Notes: generated by a model not told the origin, from the sequence alone. DNA of 64,000 nt from Clostridia bacterium (GCA_045575975.1 JAZNFO010000014.1:1611-65610); one strand, 5' to 3'; shown: positions 1 to 8,516, numbered from the stretch's first letter. Numbers and translations are program-made.

Positions 1-81
1 TCACAAAAAGTTGGTAGCGACAGTGAGCCGTCGTGAGGGCGTTTACAACCGAGCAGACGAGCCGAGCGTGACTTTTTGTGA
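1..81. repeat. Imperfect-palindrome intergenic element, copy A (possibly cut by the window edge)
   Basis: Perfect 11-nt inverted arms TCACAAAAAGT (1-11) / ACTTTTTGTGA (71-81). They enclose a core visibly more GC-rich than the AT-rich surroundings. The core blocks GAGCCGT.G.GAGGG and ACAACCGAGCAGACGA resemble blocks in the element at 1883-1947. Confidence 0.5.
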
Positions 82-121
82 AAAAGGAGAGGCAAGGAAG
101 CGGGCGGATGACTTTTTTGCA

Positions 122-156
122 TAAAAAAGTCGAAGCAAAGCGAACTTTGCTTCGAC
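122..156 (-). terminator. Intrinsic terminator downstream of tRNA-Pro
   Basis: On the minus strand: 12-bp stem GTCGAAGCAAAG / CTTTGCTTCGAC (156-145 / 140-129), loop TTCG, then a T6 run (128-123). Confidence 0.85.
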
Positions 157-157
157 G

Positions 158-234
158 TGGTCGGAGTGACAGGAGTTGAACCTGCGGCCCCTTGAACCCC
201 ATTCAAGTACTCTACCAAACTGAGCCACACCCCG
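158..234 (-). tRNA. tRNA-Pro, anticodon GGG, CCA encoded
   Basis: The reverse complement CGGGGTGTGGCTCAGTTTGGTAGAGTACTTGAATGGGGTTCAAGGGGCCGCAGGTTCAACTCCTGTCACTCCGACCA folds as a cloverleaf. It has a 7-bp acceptor stem, a GG-containing D loop, anticodon stem CTTGA/TCAAG with loop A-T-GGG-G-T (G37), a GTTCAAC T-loop and a 3' CCA. Confidence 0.9.
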
Positions 235-251
235 ATAATGTTAACTCAATT

Positions 252-280
252 ATTATACAACCAAAATGCGGTTTTGTCAA
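252..280 (-). promoter_or_regulatory. Consensus sigma-A promoter for tRNA-Pro
   Basis: Minus strand reads TTGACA (280-275), a 17-nt spacer, then TATAAT (257-252). It lies about 18 nt upstream of the tRNA 5' end. Confidence 0.8.
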
Positions 281-293
281 TAGATTTTTTAAA

Positions 294-869
294 TTATAGG
301 GTTTTTATCAAAACCTCGTCAAGTGACCTTTTGGGCACATTCAAGGTGCCTGTTTCATCAAGATAATATTTTATATTTTCTTCGTCAACAGAAGCTTCAA
401 CAGGAGTTTCTGCAGGATATCCGAGGGCAATAATATATAAAAGCTTTAAATCATCTCCAGGCATCAGAAGTGAGGTGATTTTTTCGTGGTCAATGGCACC
501 CATCCAGCATGCTCCAAGTCCTTCTTCAAGGGCAGCCAAAATAATATTTTCAACTGCGGCACCGGAGTCTGCATCAAAGCCGATTTTTCTTAAGGAAAGA
601 TCTGCAAAAACAGCAATATATGCAGTTGGTCTTTCGTCATCTTTTGGATTATAGTCAGGAGCCAAATAGCCTGCCCATTTCACAAGAGGAAAAATTTTTG
701 AGGTCATCTCTTCCGAATTTATTATAATGTATCTAAGAGGCTGAATATTTGCAGCTGACGGGGCAACCCTTGCTGCATCTGTAAGCTTAATCAAAGTTTC
801 TGTTGGAATAGGCTTTTGCTGAAATTTTCTTATTGTTCTTCTTTTCTTAATTAATTCGTATATGCTCAT
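294..869 (-). CDS. Nitroreductase-family flavoprotein
   Basis: 191-aa ORF. The N-terminal RRTIRKF...APSAANIQP signature is typical of the nitroreductase fold. AAGGAGA SD lies 7 nt upstream of the ATG. Confidence 0.8.
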   Translation of the reverse strand: MSIYELIKKRRTIRKFQQKPIPTETLIKLTDAARVAPSAANIQPLRYIIINSEEMTSKIFPLVKWAGYLAPDYNPKDDERPTAYIAVFADLSLRKIGFDADSGAAVENIILAALEEGLGACWMGAIDHEKITSLLMPGDDLKLLYIIALGYPAETPVEASVDEENIKYYLDETGTLNVPKRSLDEVLIKTL

Positions 870-993
870 AACATTATCTCCTTTTTAAAAATAGTATATA
901 CGATTTTTGTTATTTTTTCAATATTTTTTTGAATTTAATAAATTGACAAGTTGTCTCACTTATCATATAATGTATGAAAGAGGTGGAAAGAAA

Positions 994-1806
994 ATGGAAT
1001 ACTTACAGAATTTACATACACACAGTACATATTGCGATGGAAAGAACACCCTCGAAGAAATTGTTAAGACTGCTATAGACAAAGGCTTTTTTTCTATTGG
1101 TTTTTCAGGTCATGGGTATCACAAAGAAAGTGATTATTGCATGACAAAGGAAGGGACAGAAAAATATAAAAAAGAAATTTTGGAGCTTAAAAACAAATAT
1201 GCTGACAAAATAAAAATTTATCTGGGACTTGAATTTGATTTATTTTCGGATAAGGATTTTTCAATGCTTGATTATTCAATAGGTTCTGTTCACTATTTAA
1301 AAATCGGAGATGAACTTGTTGATATGGACAACAGCATAGATGTTGTAAGAGGTGTAATTAAAAATTATTTTGATAATGACAGCCTTAAGTTTGCAAAAGA
1401 ATATTACAGACATCTTGCTATGCTCCCGTCTATTGGTGATATAGATATTATAGGACATTTTGATATACTCACAAAACATTGCGAAAAATATGATTTAATA
1501 GATACAACGACAAAAGAATATAAAAATATGGCATTGGAGGCGGTTGAGACTTTAAAGGACAAAATTCCGTTTTTTGAATTAAACACGGGAGCCATAGCAA
1601 GAGGATACAGAAAAACGCCTTATCCCGCACCGTTCATTTTAAAAGAACTCAAAAATATGGGATTTGGTGCGGTGATAACATCCGATTGTCATAACAAGGA
1701 TTATCTGGACTTTGGATTTTCGGATGCCAGAGAAATTCTTACAGAGTGTGGGTTTAAAGAACGATATATATTAATGGATGATGGTTTCAAAGCCGTTGCA
1801 GTTTAA
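994..1806 (+). CDS. PHP-family histidinol-phosphatase-like hydrolase
   Basis: HTHSTYCDGK metal-binding N-terminus, then GHGYH and GHFD motifs of PHP phosphoesterases. Start moved from the ORF-track 907 to ATG 994, which follows an AGGTGG SD. Confidence 0.75.
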   Translation: MEYLQNLHTHSTYCDGKNTLEEIVKTAIDKGFFSIGFSGHGYHKESDYCMTKEGTEKYKKEILELKNKYADKIKIYLGLEFDLFSDKDFSMLDYSIGSVHYLKIGDELVDMDNSIDVVRGVIKNYFDNDSLKFAKEYYRHLAMLPSIGDIDIIGHFDILTKHCEKYDLIDTTTKEYKNMALEAVETLKDKIPFFELNTGAIARGYRKTPYPAPFILKELKNMGFGAVITSDCHNKDYLDFGFSDAREILTECGFKERYILMDDGFKAVAV

Positions 1807-1853
1807 AAAAAGGGGCTGTTTAAAAACTTTGTTTTTAAACAGCCCCTTTTTTT
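1805..1853. terminator. Bidirectional intrinsic terminator
   Basis: Perfect 17-bp stem AGGGGCTGTTTAAAAAC / GTTTTTAAACAGCCCCT (1811-1827 / 1831-1847), flanked by an A-run on the left and a T-run on the right. Confidence 0.9.
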
Positions 1854-1882
1854 CAGGGGATAGGTAAAATAGAGCCAGAACA

Positions 1883-1947
1883 CACAAACTGAGCCCGTAG
1901 GGGATACCCGAAGGTGTACTTTGGTACACCGAGAGGCGAAGTTTGTG
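1883..1947. repeat. Imperfect-palindrome intergenic element, copy B
   Basis: Outer arms CACAAACT (1883-1890) / AGTTTGTG (1940-1947). Inner 7-bp hairpin GGTGTAC-TTTG-GTACACC (1913-1930). The core is GC-rich (GAGCCCGTAGGGGATACCCG...CACCGAGAGGCGAAG). It sits between two convergent terminators. Confidence 0.5.
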
Positions 1948-1974
1948 CGTAGCAAAAAGACTTATAAAATAAAG

Positions 1975-1998
1975 AAAAATCGCACGGATGCGATTTTT
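1975..1998 (-). terminator. topA intrinsic terminator
   Basis: Minus strand reads AAAAATCGCA-TCCG-TGCGATTTTT, followed by CTTTATTTT. Confidence 0.75.
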
Positions 1999-2095
1999 CA
2001 ACACTCTGTATATAATTTTATACTAGTTCACTTATTACTTTTTATGAATTTCCCGTCTTTTTGCGGTCCGGACTATTTTAACAGCCCCTATTAAA

Positions 2096-4222
2096 TTACT
2101 TTTTGTTTACGGGCTCCTTGTAGTCGCAATTTTCATTGTTGCAAACATAATCAAGTGGACCTTTGCCTTTGAAACGGCGTCTCTTATAGAGAACATTTCC
2201 ACACTTAGGACATTTGAGGGTTGTTGGCTCGTCCCAGGAAATGAAACAATCTGTTCCATTTTCGCAGGCGAAGTAATTAACGCCTTTTTTTGATTTTCTT
2301 GCGTAAACTTTGCCTCCACAGTTAGGACAGGGTGCATCAACAGGAGCAAGAATTGTTTTTGTGTTTTTACATTCGGGATATCCGGGACAAGCAAGGAATT
2401 TTCCGAAACGGCCCTGCTTATAAACCATCATTCTTCCGCATTTTTCACATTGAACATCAGAAACTTCGTCCTTTATTTCAATGTTTCCAATAGAATCTTC
2501 CGCAGATTTCAAAACTTCCTCAAAAGGCTGATAGAAATCGTTGAGTAAAAGCTTCCAGTCCTTTTCACCGTCTTCAATTTCGTCAAGCTTCTGCTCCATA
2601 TTTGCGGTAAACTTAATGTCAACAATATTTTTAAAATGGTCTTCCATAAGGGAAGTGACAATAGTTCCAAGTTCGGTTGGAATAAGATTTTTGCCGTCAC
2701 GGGCAACATAACCTCTTGTTGTTATTGTTGTTATTGTTGGAGAATATGTGCTTGGTCTTCCAATTCCGTCTTCTTCCATAGCTTTAATAATAGAAGCTTC
2801 GGTGTATCTTGGAGGTGGCTGAGTGAAATGCTGTTTGGGAAGAATTTCCTTAAGCTTTAAAAGCTGTCCCTCAGTAAGTGCAGGAAGCTTGCTTTCTTTT
2901 TCATCCTCAGTATCTTTTCCTTCAACATAAACTGTCATAAATCCGTCAAACTTAATTGACATACCTGTTGCTCTGAACAGATAATCTCCGCACTCTATAT
3001 CAGCCTTAACATTGTCTATAACAGCAGCCTTCATCTGGCTTGCAAGAAATCTGTTCCAGATGAGTTTGTAAAGCTTGTACTGGTCAGGTTTTAATGAATC
3101 TTTAATGTCATCAGGCGTAAGAGTTATAAAGGTAGGTCTTATTGCTTCGTGAGCATCCTGAGCATTTTTGTTGGTTTTATACTGCTTTGGAGTTTTTGGC
3201 ATATATTCTATGCCAAAATTTTCTTTTATAAATTCACGGCATTCATTTTGTGCGTCCTGAGATATTCTAAGTGAATCGGTTCTCATATATGTTATAAGAC
3301 CAACACTGCCAAGACCCTTTATATCTATACCTTCATAAAGTTGTTGAGCAACGGACATTGTTCTTCTTGTAGTGTAACCAAGCTTTCTTGATGCTTCCTG
3401 CTGAAGGGTACTGGTTGTAAAAGGAGGAGAGGGGTTCTTTGATTTTTCGGTTGATGTAACGGTCATAACCTTATATTCTTTGCCCTCTACAGCTGAAAGA
3501 ATGGTATCAGCATCTTTTTTATTTTTAAGTGACGGCTTTTTTCCGTTTAATTTGCTGTGAAGCTTAGCAACAAAAGGTGATTTTCCTTTTTCGTTAGTCA
3601 GCTTTGTTTCGATTGTCCAGAATTCTTCTTCAACGAATGCGTCTATTTCTCTTTCTCTGTCTACAATAAGCTTTGTAACAACAGACTGAACACGGCCTGC
3701 ACTAAGTCCTTTTTTAACCTTTTTCCATAGGAGAGGACTTATTTTGTAGCCAACAATTCGGTCTAAAACTCTTCTTGCTTGTTGTGCATCAACAAGGTCC
3801 TTGTCAATAACCCTAGGGTGGTTAAGGGCCTCCTTAACGGCATTCTGTGTGATTTCGTTAAAGGTTATTCTGCAAGGAGAGTTATCATCAATCCCCAAAA
3901 TAGCCGCAAGATGCCAGGAAATGGCTTCTCCTTCGCGGTCAGGGTCAGTTGCAAGGAATATTTTCGATGAGTTTTTAGCATCTTTTTTCAAATCTGAAAT
4001 AAGTTCACCCTTGCCTCTGATAGTTATATATTTGGGTTCAAAATTGTTTTCAATGTCAATTCCAAGCTGGCTCTTTGGAAGGTCTCTTAAGTGACCAACC
4101 GAAGCTACAACATTGTATGAACTCCCAAGATATTTTTTTATTGTCCTTGCCTTTTCGGGAGACTCCACAATAATTAATTTTTTCTTTGAGCGGCTTGATG
4201 TGCCGGTTGATTTAGTTGACAA
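2096..4222 (-). CDS. topA: DNA topoisomerase I
   Basis: 708 aa. Toprim DPDREGE motif, active-site ITYMRTDS, and repeated C-terminal CxxC...CxxC zinc ribbons. TTG start lies 7 nt after AAGGAGG. Confidence 0.95.
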   Translation of the reverse strand: MSTKSTGTSSRSKKKLIIVESPEKARTIKKYLGSSYNVVASVGHLRDLPKSQLGIDIENNFEPKYITIRGKGELISDLKKDAKNSSKIFLATDPDREGEAISWHLAAILGIDDNSPCRITFNEITQNAVKEALNHPRVIDKDLVDAQQARRVLDRIVGYKISPLLWKKVKKGLSAGRVQSVVTKLIVDREREIDAFVEEEFWTIETKLTNEKGKSPFVAKLHSKLNGKKPSLKNKKDADTILSAVEGKEYKVMTVTSTEKSKNPSPPFTTSTLQQEASRKLGYTTRRTMSVAQQLYEGIDIKGLGSVGLITYMRTDSLRISQDAQNECREFIKENFGIEYMPKTPKQYKTNKNAQDAHEAIRPTFITLTPDDIKDSLKPDQYKLYKLIWNRFLASQMKAAVIDNVKADIECGDYLFRATGMSIKFDGFMTVYVEGKDTEDEKESKLPALTEGQLLKLKEILPKQHFTQPPPRYTEASIIKAMEEDGIGRPSTYSPTITTITTRGYVARDGKNLIPTELGTIVTSLMEDHFKNIVDIKFTANMEQKLDEIEDGEKDWKLLLNDFYQPFEEVLKSAEDSIGNIEIKDEVSDVQCEKCGRMMVYKQGRFGKFLACPGYPECKNTKTILAPVDAPCPNCGGKVYARKSKKGVNYFACENGTDCFISWDEPTTLKCPKCGNVLYKRRRFKGKGPLDYVCNNENCDYKEPVNKK

Positions 4223-4284
4223 TTTTAAGCCTCCTTAAGTGTATTTGCAGAAATTCTGCGGTTTTTTAAACCATATGGTGCTTG

Positions 4285-5409
4285 TTACACCTCGGTTTTA
4301 AGTATATATTCGTTCTGGGATTGTTCGATTAAAATATCTTTCAGGCAGAGCATAACCAGTAATCCGTTAAGCTTGCCAATGGGCAGGTTAATCTCTGCTG
4401 CCATTATTTCGGCGTTGCCAATCCCACCGTTTTTTATTATGTGATTTATGATAAGCATTTCATCATCTGATAAATTTTCATATGATAATGGCTTGTTTTC
4501 TGTTTTATTATTATTGTTTTCTGTATAGAAATATTCCGGATATACATCTATATATTGATTTATTATATCCTTTTCATTTTCAACTAAAATAGCACCCTCC
4601 TTCAAAAGCTTAGAGGGAAGCTGTGAGCCGGAAGAGAGAGGACTTGAAGGAACTGCAAAAACATCTCTGTTATTGTGGTATGCATGATTTGCGGTGATTT
4701 GGCATCCGCTTTTATATTTTGCTTCAACAATAACACTTCCGTATGACATACCTGCAATAATTCTGTTTCTTTGTTGATAGAAAAAGCCTTTGCCAACTGT
4801 TCCGGGTGGTCTTTCTGAGATTATTGCACCGTTTTTTAAAATTCTGTTATATAACTCTCTGTTTGACTTCGGGTAAATAACATCAACACCGCCGGCTAAA
4901 ACTGCAACAGTAGGTGCGTTGTTTTCAAGAGCACCAAGATGTGCCTGCTTGTCAATCCCGTCAGCCATTCCACTTATAATAAGTACCTTCCCGTTCTTTA
5001 CAAGATTGGATGAAAGATTTTTTGCAATTATGTTTCCTTGCTGTGTTGGTGTTCTTGTGCCCACAATTGAAACAGGAAGAAAATCATTAAAATTTATAAG
5101 ACTTCCCCTAACAAATAAAATTCTTGGAGGAAGATAACATTCTCTTAAAAGGTGTGGATATTCTTCATCATGAATAGTGATTATACGAATATTTTTTTCT
5201 TTGCAGTCTGCAAGAATTCTTTCAGCGGTTTCGAGAGTTTTCGCTGAGGATAAAAATCCTGAAAGCCCAAAGCTCGCAAGTCTCTTTGGACTGAATGGCT
5301 TGGAATGAAAAGCATTATATGCATTTTCAAACATATAAATACATTTATCAACTTTTTTGGGGTCAAACCCGCAGGCATCGTGTAGCCATAGTTCGTATAA
5401 TAAATCCAT
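4285..5409 (-). CDS. dprA: DNA-processing protein DprA
   Basis: 374 aa. Carries the DprA Rossmann core (SGMADGIDKQAH, FFYQQRNRIIAG). Confidence 0.9.
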   Translation of the reverse strand: MDLLYELWLHDACGFDPKKVDKCIYMFENAYNAFHSKPFSPKRLASFGLSGFLSSAKTLETAERILADCKEKNIRIITIHDEEYPHLLRECYLPPRILFVRGSLINFNDFLPVSIVGTRTPTQQGNIIAKNLSSNLVKNGKVLIISGMADGIDKQAHLGALENNAPTVAVLAGGVDVIYPKSNRELYNRILKNGAIISERPPGTVGKGFFYQQRNRIIAGMSYGSVIVEAKYKSGCQITANHAYHNNRDVFAVPSSPLSSGSQLPSKLLKEGAILVENEKDIINQYIDVYPEYFYTENNNNKTENKPLSYENLSDDEMLIINHIIKNGGIGNAEIMAAEINLPIGKLNGLLVMLCLKDILIEQSQNEYILKTEV

Positions 5410-5410
5410 A

Positions 5411-6199
5411 TTATTTCACCTGTTTATCAGAAAAGTGGTACATAACAATTGCCGCAGCAACAGCAGCGTTTAATGATTCTATTTTGCCTGCCATTGGAAT
5501 TTTTATTAAATAATCAGAAATCCTGAGTATTTCATCCGATATTCCGTTTGCTTCATTTCCAATAACAATTGCTGTCTTTTCTTCGCATCTTACATTTTCC
5601 AGAGAGACGGAATTTTCGGAAAGCGCTGCAGAATATAATTTATATCCCTTTTCTTTAAGGGTATGCAGGTCGTCTGTATCAATAAAATAAAAATTTGTTC
5701 TGAAAGCAGAACCCATAGCAGACCTTAAAACTTTGGGAGAATATATATCTGTTGACCCTTTTGTGAGAAAAATTGAGTTAATACCCATAGCTTCTGCTGT
5801 TCTTATAATTGTTCCCATGTTTCCGGGATCCTGAACAGAATCAAGAATAAGAATATTTCCGTTTGCCGAAAAATTATCAAGTGATGAATGATGGGCAAAT
5901 AAAACCATAAGAATTCCCTGTGGGGTTTCTGTGTCTGAAACTTCTTTAAATAATCTGTCGCTTATTAAATAGCATTCAGTCTTATTTTCAAGAGATAAAC
6001 AAAAATCTTTGTGAGACTCAAAGTAGGATAAGGAAAAAATAACAAAGCTTATATTATCTGCTGCAAGTGATATAGTGTCTTTAACGATTCTTTCTCCTTC
6101 AACAAAATAAAGACCATGTTTTTTTCTTCCGTTTCTTGTTTTAAGTCCCCTAAGAATTTTTAAAATACGGTTATCTTTTCCGGATATTTCTTTTATCAT
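5411..6199 (-). CDS. SpoU/TrmH-class RNA 2'-O-methyltransferase
   Basis: 262 aa. SPOUT motifs DPGNMGTIIRTA, GNEANGIS and IPMAGKIESLNAAVAAAI. Confidence 0.85.
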   Translation of the reverse strand: MIKEISGKDNRILKILRGLKTRNGRKKHGLYFVEGERIVKDTISLAADNISFVIFSLSYFESHKDFCLSLENKTECYLISDRLFKEVSDTETPQGILMVLFAHHSSLDNFSANGNILILDSVQDPGNMGTIIRTAEAMGINSIFLTKGSTDIYSPKVLRSAMGSAFRTNFYFIDTDDLHTLKEKGYKLYSAALSENSVSLENVRCEEKTAIVIGNEANGISDEILRISDYLIKIPMAGKIESLNAAVAAAIVMYHFSDKQVK

Positions 6200-6251
6200 T
6201 AATTTCTCCCATAAAAATATTGTTTCAAGATAATAAAGTCTTAAAACAATA

Positions 6252-6992
6252 TCAATTATTATTTTTCTTTAACTTATTCTTTGCATATCTTATTGCACGG
6301 AGAATTATAAATATGCAAAGGGCATAAAGTGGCGATAAAAGAATCGTACTTATAGAACGAGTAGTCATTTGCATAGCTATATTTTTATTTACATAGCGCC
6401 ATACAACAAGGGTTGTCATAAATACATTACAAAGCAGGGAAACTGCAAGGTTTGCAATAAGGCAGTTTGAATAGCGGGTTCTTTTTTTGTATAAAATGAG
6501 ACCGTAGACCATACCACTTGATGCCGCAATTAAAAGCATCAGTAAATTGAATCTGTTTTTTGTAAAAATAATATTTAAGGTATATTGAAAAATTGCAAAC
6601 AAACAAGCTATAACAGGTCCTGAAAACTTTGCAATTGCAGGCAGAACAAGAACATTAAAATTAAATCTGATGTCATAACCTGCATTAATTGAAACAAATG
6701 AAAGAATAAGATATAAAACAAGGGAAGCCCCCCATATTTTAAAGTTGTTTTCGTTTTCAAGCTTTTTTAATAATCTGTGTTGTTTATAGAATTTAACATA
6801 AACAAATAAAAGAGAAAAAATAACAGGTATAATTATAAATCCCATATTTCCGAGAGCATATAAAAGAGGCTGTGATTTTGCATATATGGGATAAATATAT
6901 GATTCCAGATCGGTAATCATTCTGTGAATTCCGTCACTTGCATAAATAAGAAGTTCATCATTTGCGTAGTTTGCAACATCTGCCGTATTCAT
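6252..6992 (-). CDS. Integral membrane protein, function unknown
   Basis: Multiple hydrophobic spans and no motif I can name. Start moved to ATG 6992 (GGAGG SD 8 nt upstream); the ORF-track TTG at 7007 lies inside that SD. Confidence 0.6.
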   Translation of the reverse strand: MNTADVANYANDELLIYASDGIHRMITDLESYIYPIYAKSQPLLYALGNMGFIIIPVIFSLLFVYVKFYKQHRLLKKLENENNFKIWGASLVLYLILSFVSINAGYDIRFNFNVLVLPAIAKFSGPVIACLFAIFQYTLNIIFTKNRFNLLMLLIAASSGMVYGLILYKKRTRYSNCLIANLAVSLLCNVFMTTLVVWRYVNKNIAMQMTTRSISTILLSPLYALCIFIILRAIRYAKNKLKKNNN

Positions 6993-7018
6993 AAAAACAA
7001 CCTCCAATCAATGTATTA

Positions 7019-7058
7019 AAAGGGATTGTCAAAGTTGAAATTAAGACAATCCCTTTTT
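7019..7058 (-). terminator. Terminator of the infC-rpmI-rplT operon
   Basis: 10-bp stem AGGGATTGTC / GACAATCCCT (7021-7030 / 7045-7054), with T/A runs on both sides. Confidence 0.75.
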
Positions 7059-7067
7059 GCCAATATA

Positions 7068-7412
7068 CTATTTAACTTTTTCAACTAATTTTGCAAAAGC
7101 TGCAGGGTCTGAAATAGCAATTTCTGAAAGCATCTTTCTGTTGATTTCGATACCGTTCTTCTTAAGTCCGTTCATAAATTTGCTGTAGCTTATGCCATTC
7201 ATACGAGCAGCAGCATTGATACGAGCAATCCAAAGCTGTCTGAAATCTCTCTTCTTCTGCTTTCTGTCGCGGTATGCATATACTAATGATTTCATAACAG
7301 CCTGATTAGCTGTTTTAAATAACTTACTTTTTGCGCCTCTGTAACCTTTAGCTAATTTTAATATTTTTTTACGTCTTTTACGGGTGTGCATAGCACCTTT
7401 AACTCTTGCCAT
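7068..7412 (-). CDS. rplT: 50S ribosomal protein L20
   Basis: 114 aa, [26 protein letters not shown]... Confidence 0.97.
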   Translation of the reverse strand: MARVKGAMHTRKRRKKILKLAKGYRGAKSKLFKTANQAVMKSLVYAYRDRKQKKRDFRQLWIARINAAARMNGISYSKFMNGLKKNGIEINRKMLSEIAISDPAAFAKLVEKVK

Positions 7413-7461
7413 ATTAAAAGACTCCTTTCGTTAATTTCGTGATTTAAAATTCTTGTGATCC

Positions 7462-7659
7462 TTATTTATATGGGATCATTTTCTTGATAGTAGCAGCATT
7501 AGCTGTTGCTAAATAACCAAGCTTTCTGAGCTTTCTTTTTCTCTTTGTGGTTTTCTTGTTAAGAATGTGACTTCTGAAAGCCTTTCCTCTTTTAACTTTA
7601 CCATTTTTGGTAACTCCGAAACGTTTTGCTGCGCCTTTGTGTGTTTTAATTTTAGGCAT
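7462..7659 (-). CDS. rpmI: 50S ribosomal protein L35
   Basis: [14 protein letters not shown]... Start set at ATG 7659 behind a GGAGA SD; the ORF-track start at 7677 adds 6 residues. Confidence 0.95.
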   Translation of the reverse strand: MPKIKTHKGAAKRFGVTKNGKVKRGKAFRSHILNKKTTKRKRKLRKLGYLATANAATIKKMIPYK

Positions 7660-7727
7660 ACTATTTTCTCCTTCCATAAATGAATTGTAAAAGCATATAT
7701 TTTATAAGAAATAAAATTATTAATTAA

Positions 7728-8243
7728 TTATGCTTTCTTTGGTGAAATAAACATAGCCATGCTTCTTCCTTCGAGCTTGATGCCTTTGTCAACGGTACCA
7801 TATTCTTCCATAATGCTCTGAACTCTTAAAAGCAAATCTTTTCCGATTGCTGTGTGAGTGATTTCACGGCCTCTGAATCTTACTGAAACCTTAACTTTAT
7901 CACCGGATTTTAAAAATTTGATACCTTGATTAACTTTTGTATTAAAGTCATGGTCATCAATGTTCGGGCTTAAGCGAACTTCCTTGATGTTAATAACCTT
8001 CTGGTTTTTCTTTGCTTCCTTTTCGCGTTTTGCAATTTCAAACTTATGTTTCCCGTAGTCCATAATTTTGCACACGGGAGGCTTAGCCTGAGGAGCAATC
8101 TTAACCAAATCAAGATTGTGTTCATCAGCCAGTGCCAATGCTTCTTTTGCAGAGTAAACTCCAAGCTGGGCACCGTCAGGCCCGATAAGACGAATTTCCT
8201 TGTCTTTAATTTCTTCGTTAATCATTAATTCTTGCTTAGCTAT
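7728..8243 (-). CDS. infC: Translation initiation factor IF-3, probable AUA start codon
   Basis: IAKQELMINEEIKDKEIRLIGPDG... is a canonical IF-3 N-terminus. GGAGG lies 9 nt upstream of ATA at 8243-8241. The first ATG (8225) has no SD at a usable distance. The ORF-track start at 8324 runs through the leader. Confidence 0.9.
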   Translation of the reverse strand: MAKQELMINEEIKDKEIRLIGPDGAQLGVYSAKEALALADEHNLDLVKIAPQAKPPVCKIMDYGKHKFEIAKREKEAKKNQKVINIKEVRLSPNIDDHDFNTKVNQGIKFLKSGDKVKVSVRFRGREITHTAIGKDLLLRVQSIMEEYGTVDKGIKLEGRSMAMFISPKKA

Positions 8244-8382
8244 ATTCAAACACCTCCAATTTTTTGCACAAAAAAAGTGCGATGCAAAAAGCTCCGCACA
8301 TAAAAATATTATAAAAATATTCAAAGTTCAACCCTTTTGCCTCAATTAGCTAAGGAGAGAAGCGGAAACTTCTGCTTAATAC
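8244..8382 (-). promoter_or_regulatory. Probable L20-type ribosomal-protein leader (5' UTR of infC-rpmI-rplT)
   Basis: About 140-nt untranslated leader between the promoter at 8389-8417 and infC. It contains hairpins (AGAAG-UUUCCG-CUUCU) and a GUGCG...CGCAC stem followed by U7. That stem overlaps a competing UUUUUGCA...UGCAAAAA pairing. Confidence 0.45.
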
Positions 8383-8388
8383 CGACAT

Positions 8389-8417
8389 AGTATATCATTT
8401 CTTAATTCTTTTGTCAA
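8389..8417 (-). promoter_or_regulatory. Sigma-A promoter of the infC operon
   Basis: Minus strand reads TTGACA (8417-8412), a 17-nt spacer, then TATACT (8394-8389). Confidence 0.75.
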
Positions 8418-8457
8418 GGGTTTTCCGAAAAAAATTTAATATATTCTGCAAAATCTA

Positions 8458-8486
8458 TTGATTTTATTTATATATAATGATAAAAT
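8458..8486 (+). promoter_or_regulatory. Sigma-A promoter of tsaE-tsaB
   Basis: TTGATT (8458-8463), a 17-nt spacer, then an extended -10 TGaTAAAAT (-10 hexamer at 8481-8486). Confidence 0.6.
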
Positions 8487-8516
8487 AAGTATATAAATTT
8501 GTTGGTGAGGAATTAG

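Noticed and set aside
43-228. 61-aa minus-strand ORF from the ORF track
   Set aside because: It reads straight through tRNA-Pro (158-234), its terminator and the palindromic element. It has a GTG start inside the tRNA acceptor stem and no SD.
907-993. N-terminal extensions in the ORF track. Here 907-993, and likewise 8244-8324 (infC), 20803-20823, 22618-22674, 33060-33077, 46108-46152, 51793-51861, 54296-54334, 7660-7677 and 6993-7007
   Set aside because: The extensions lack an SD, often begin with alternative codons inside an SD or promoter, and add residues not seen in the respective families. Internal starts with properly spaced SDs were preferred.
1771-2004. 77-aa minus-strand ORF
   Set aside because: It spans two intrinsic terminators and the GC-rich repeat, and no ribosome-binding site is present.
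4247-4267. Hairpin GCAGAA-A-TTCTGC followed by a T-run between dprA and topA
   Set aside because: The T-run is on the plus strand, where no gene is transcribed into it. On the minus strand it is followed by AAAUAC, so it is not a terminator for dprA, and the stem is short.
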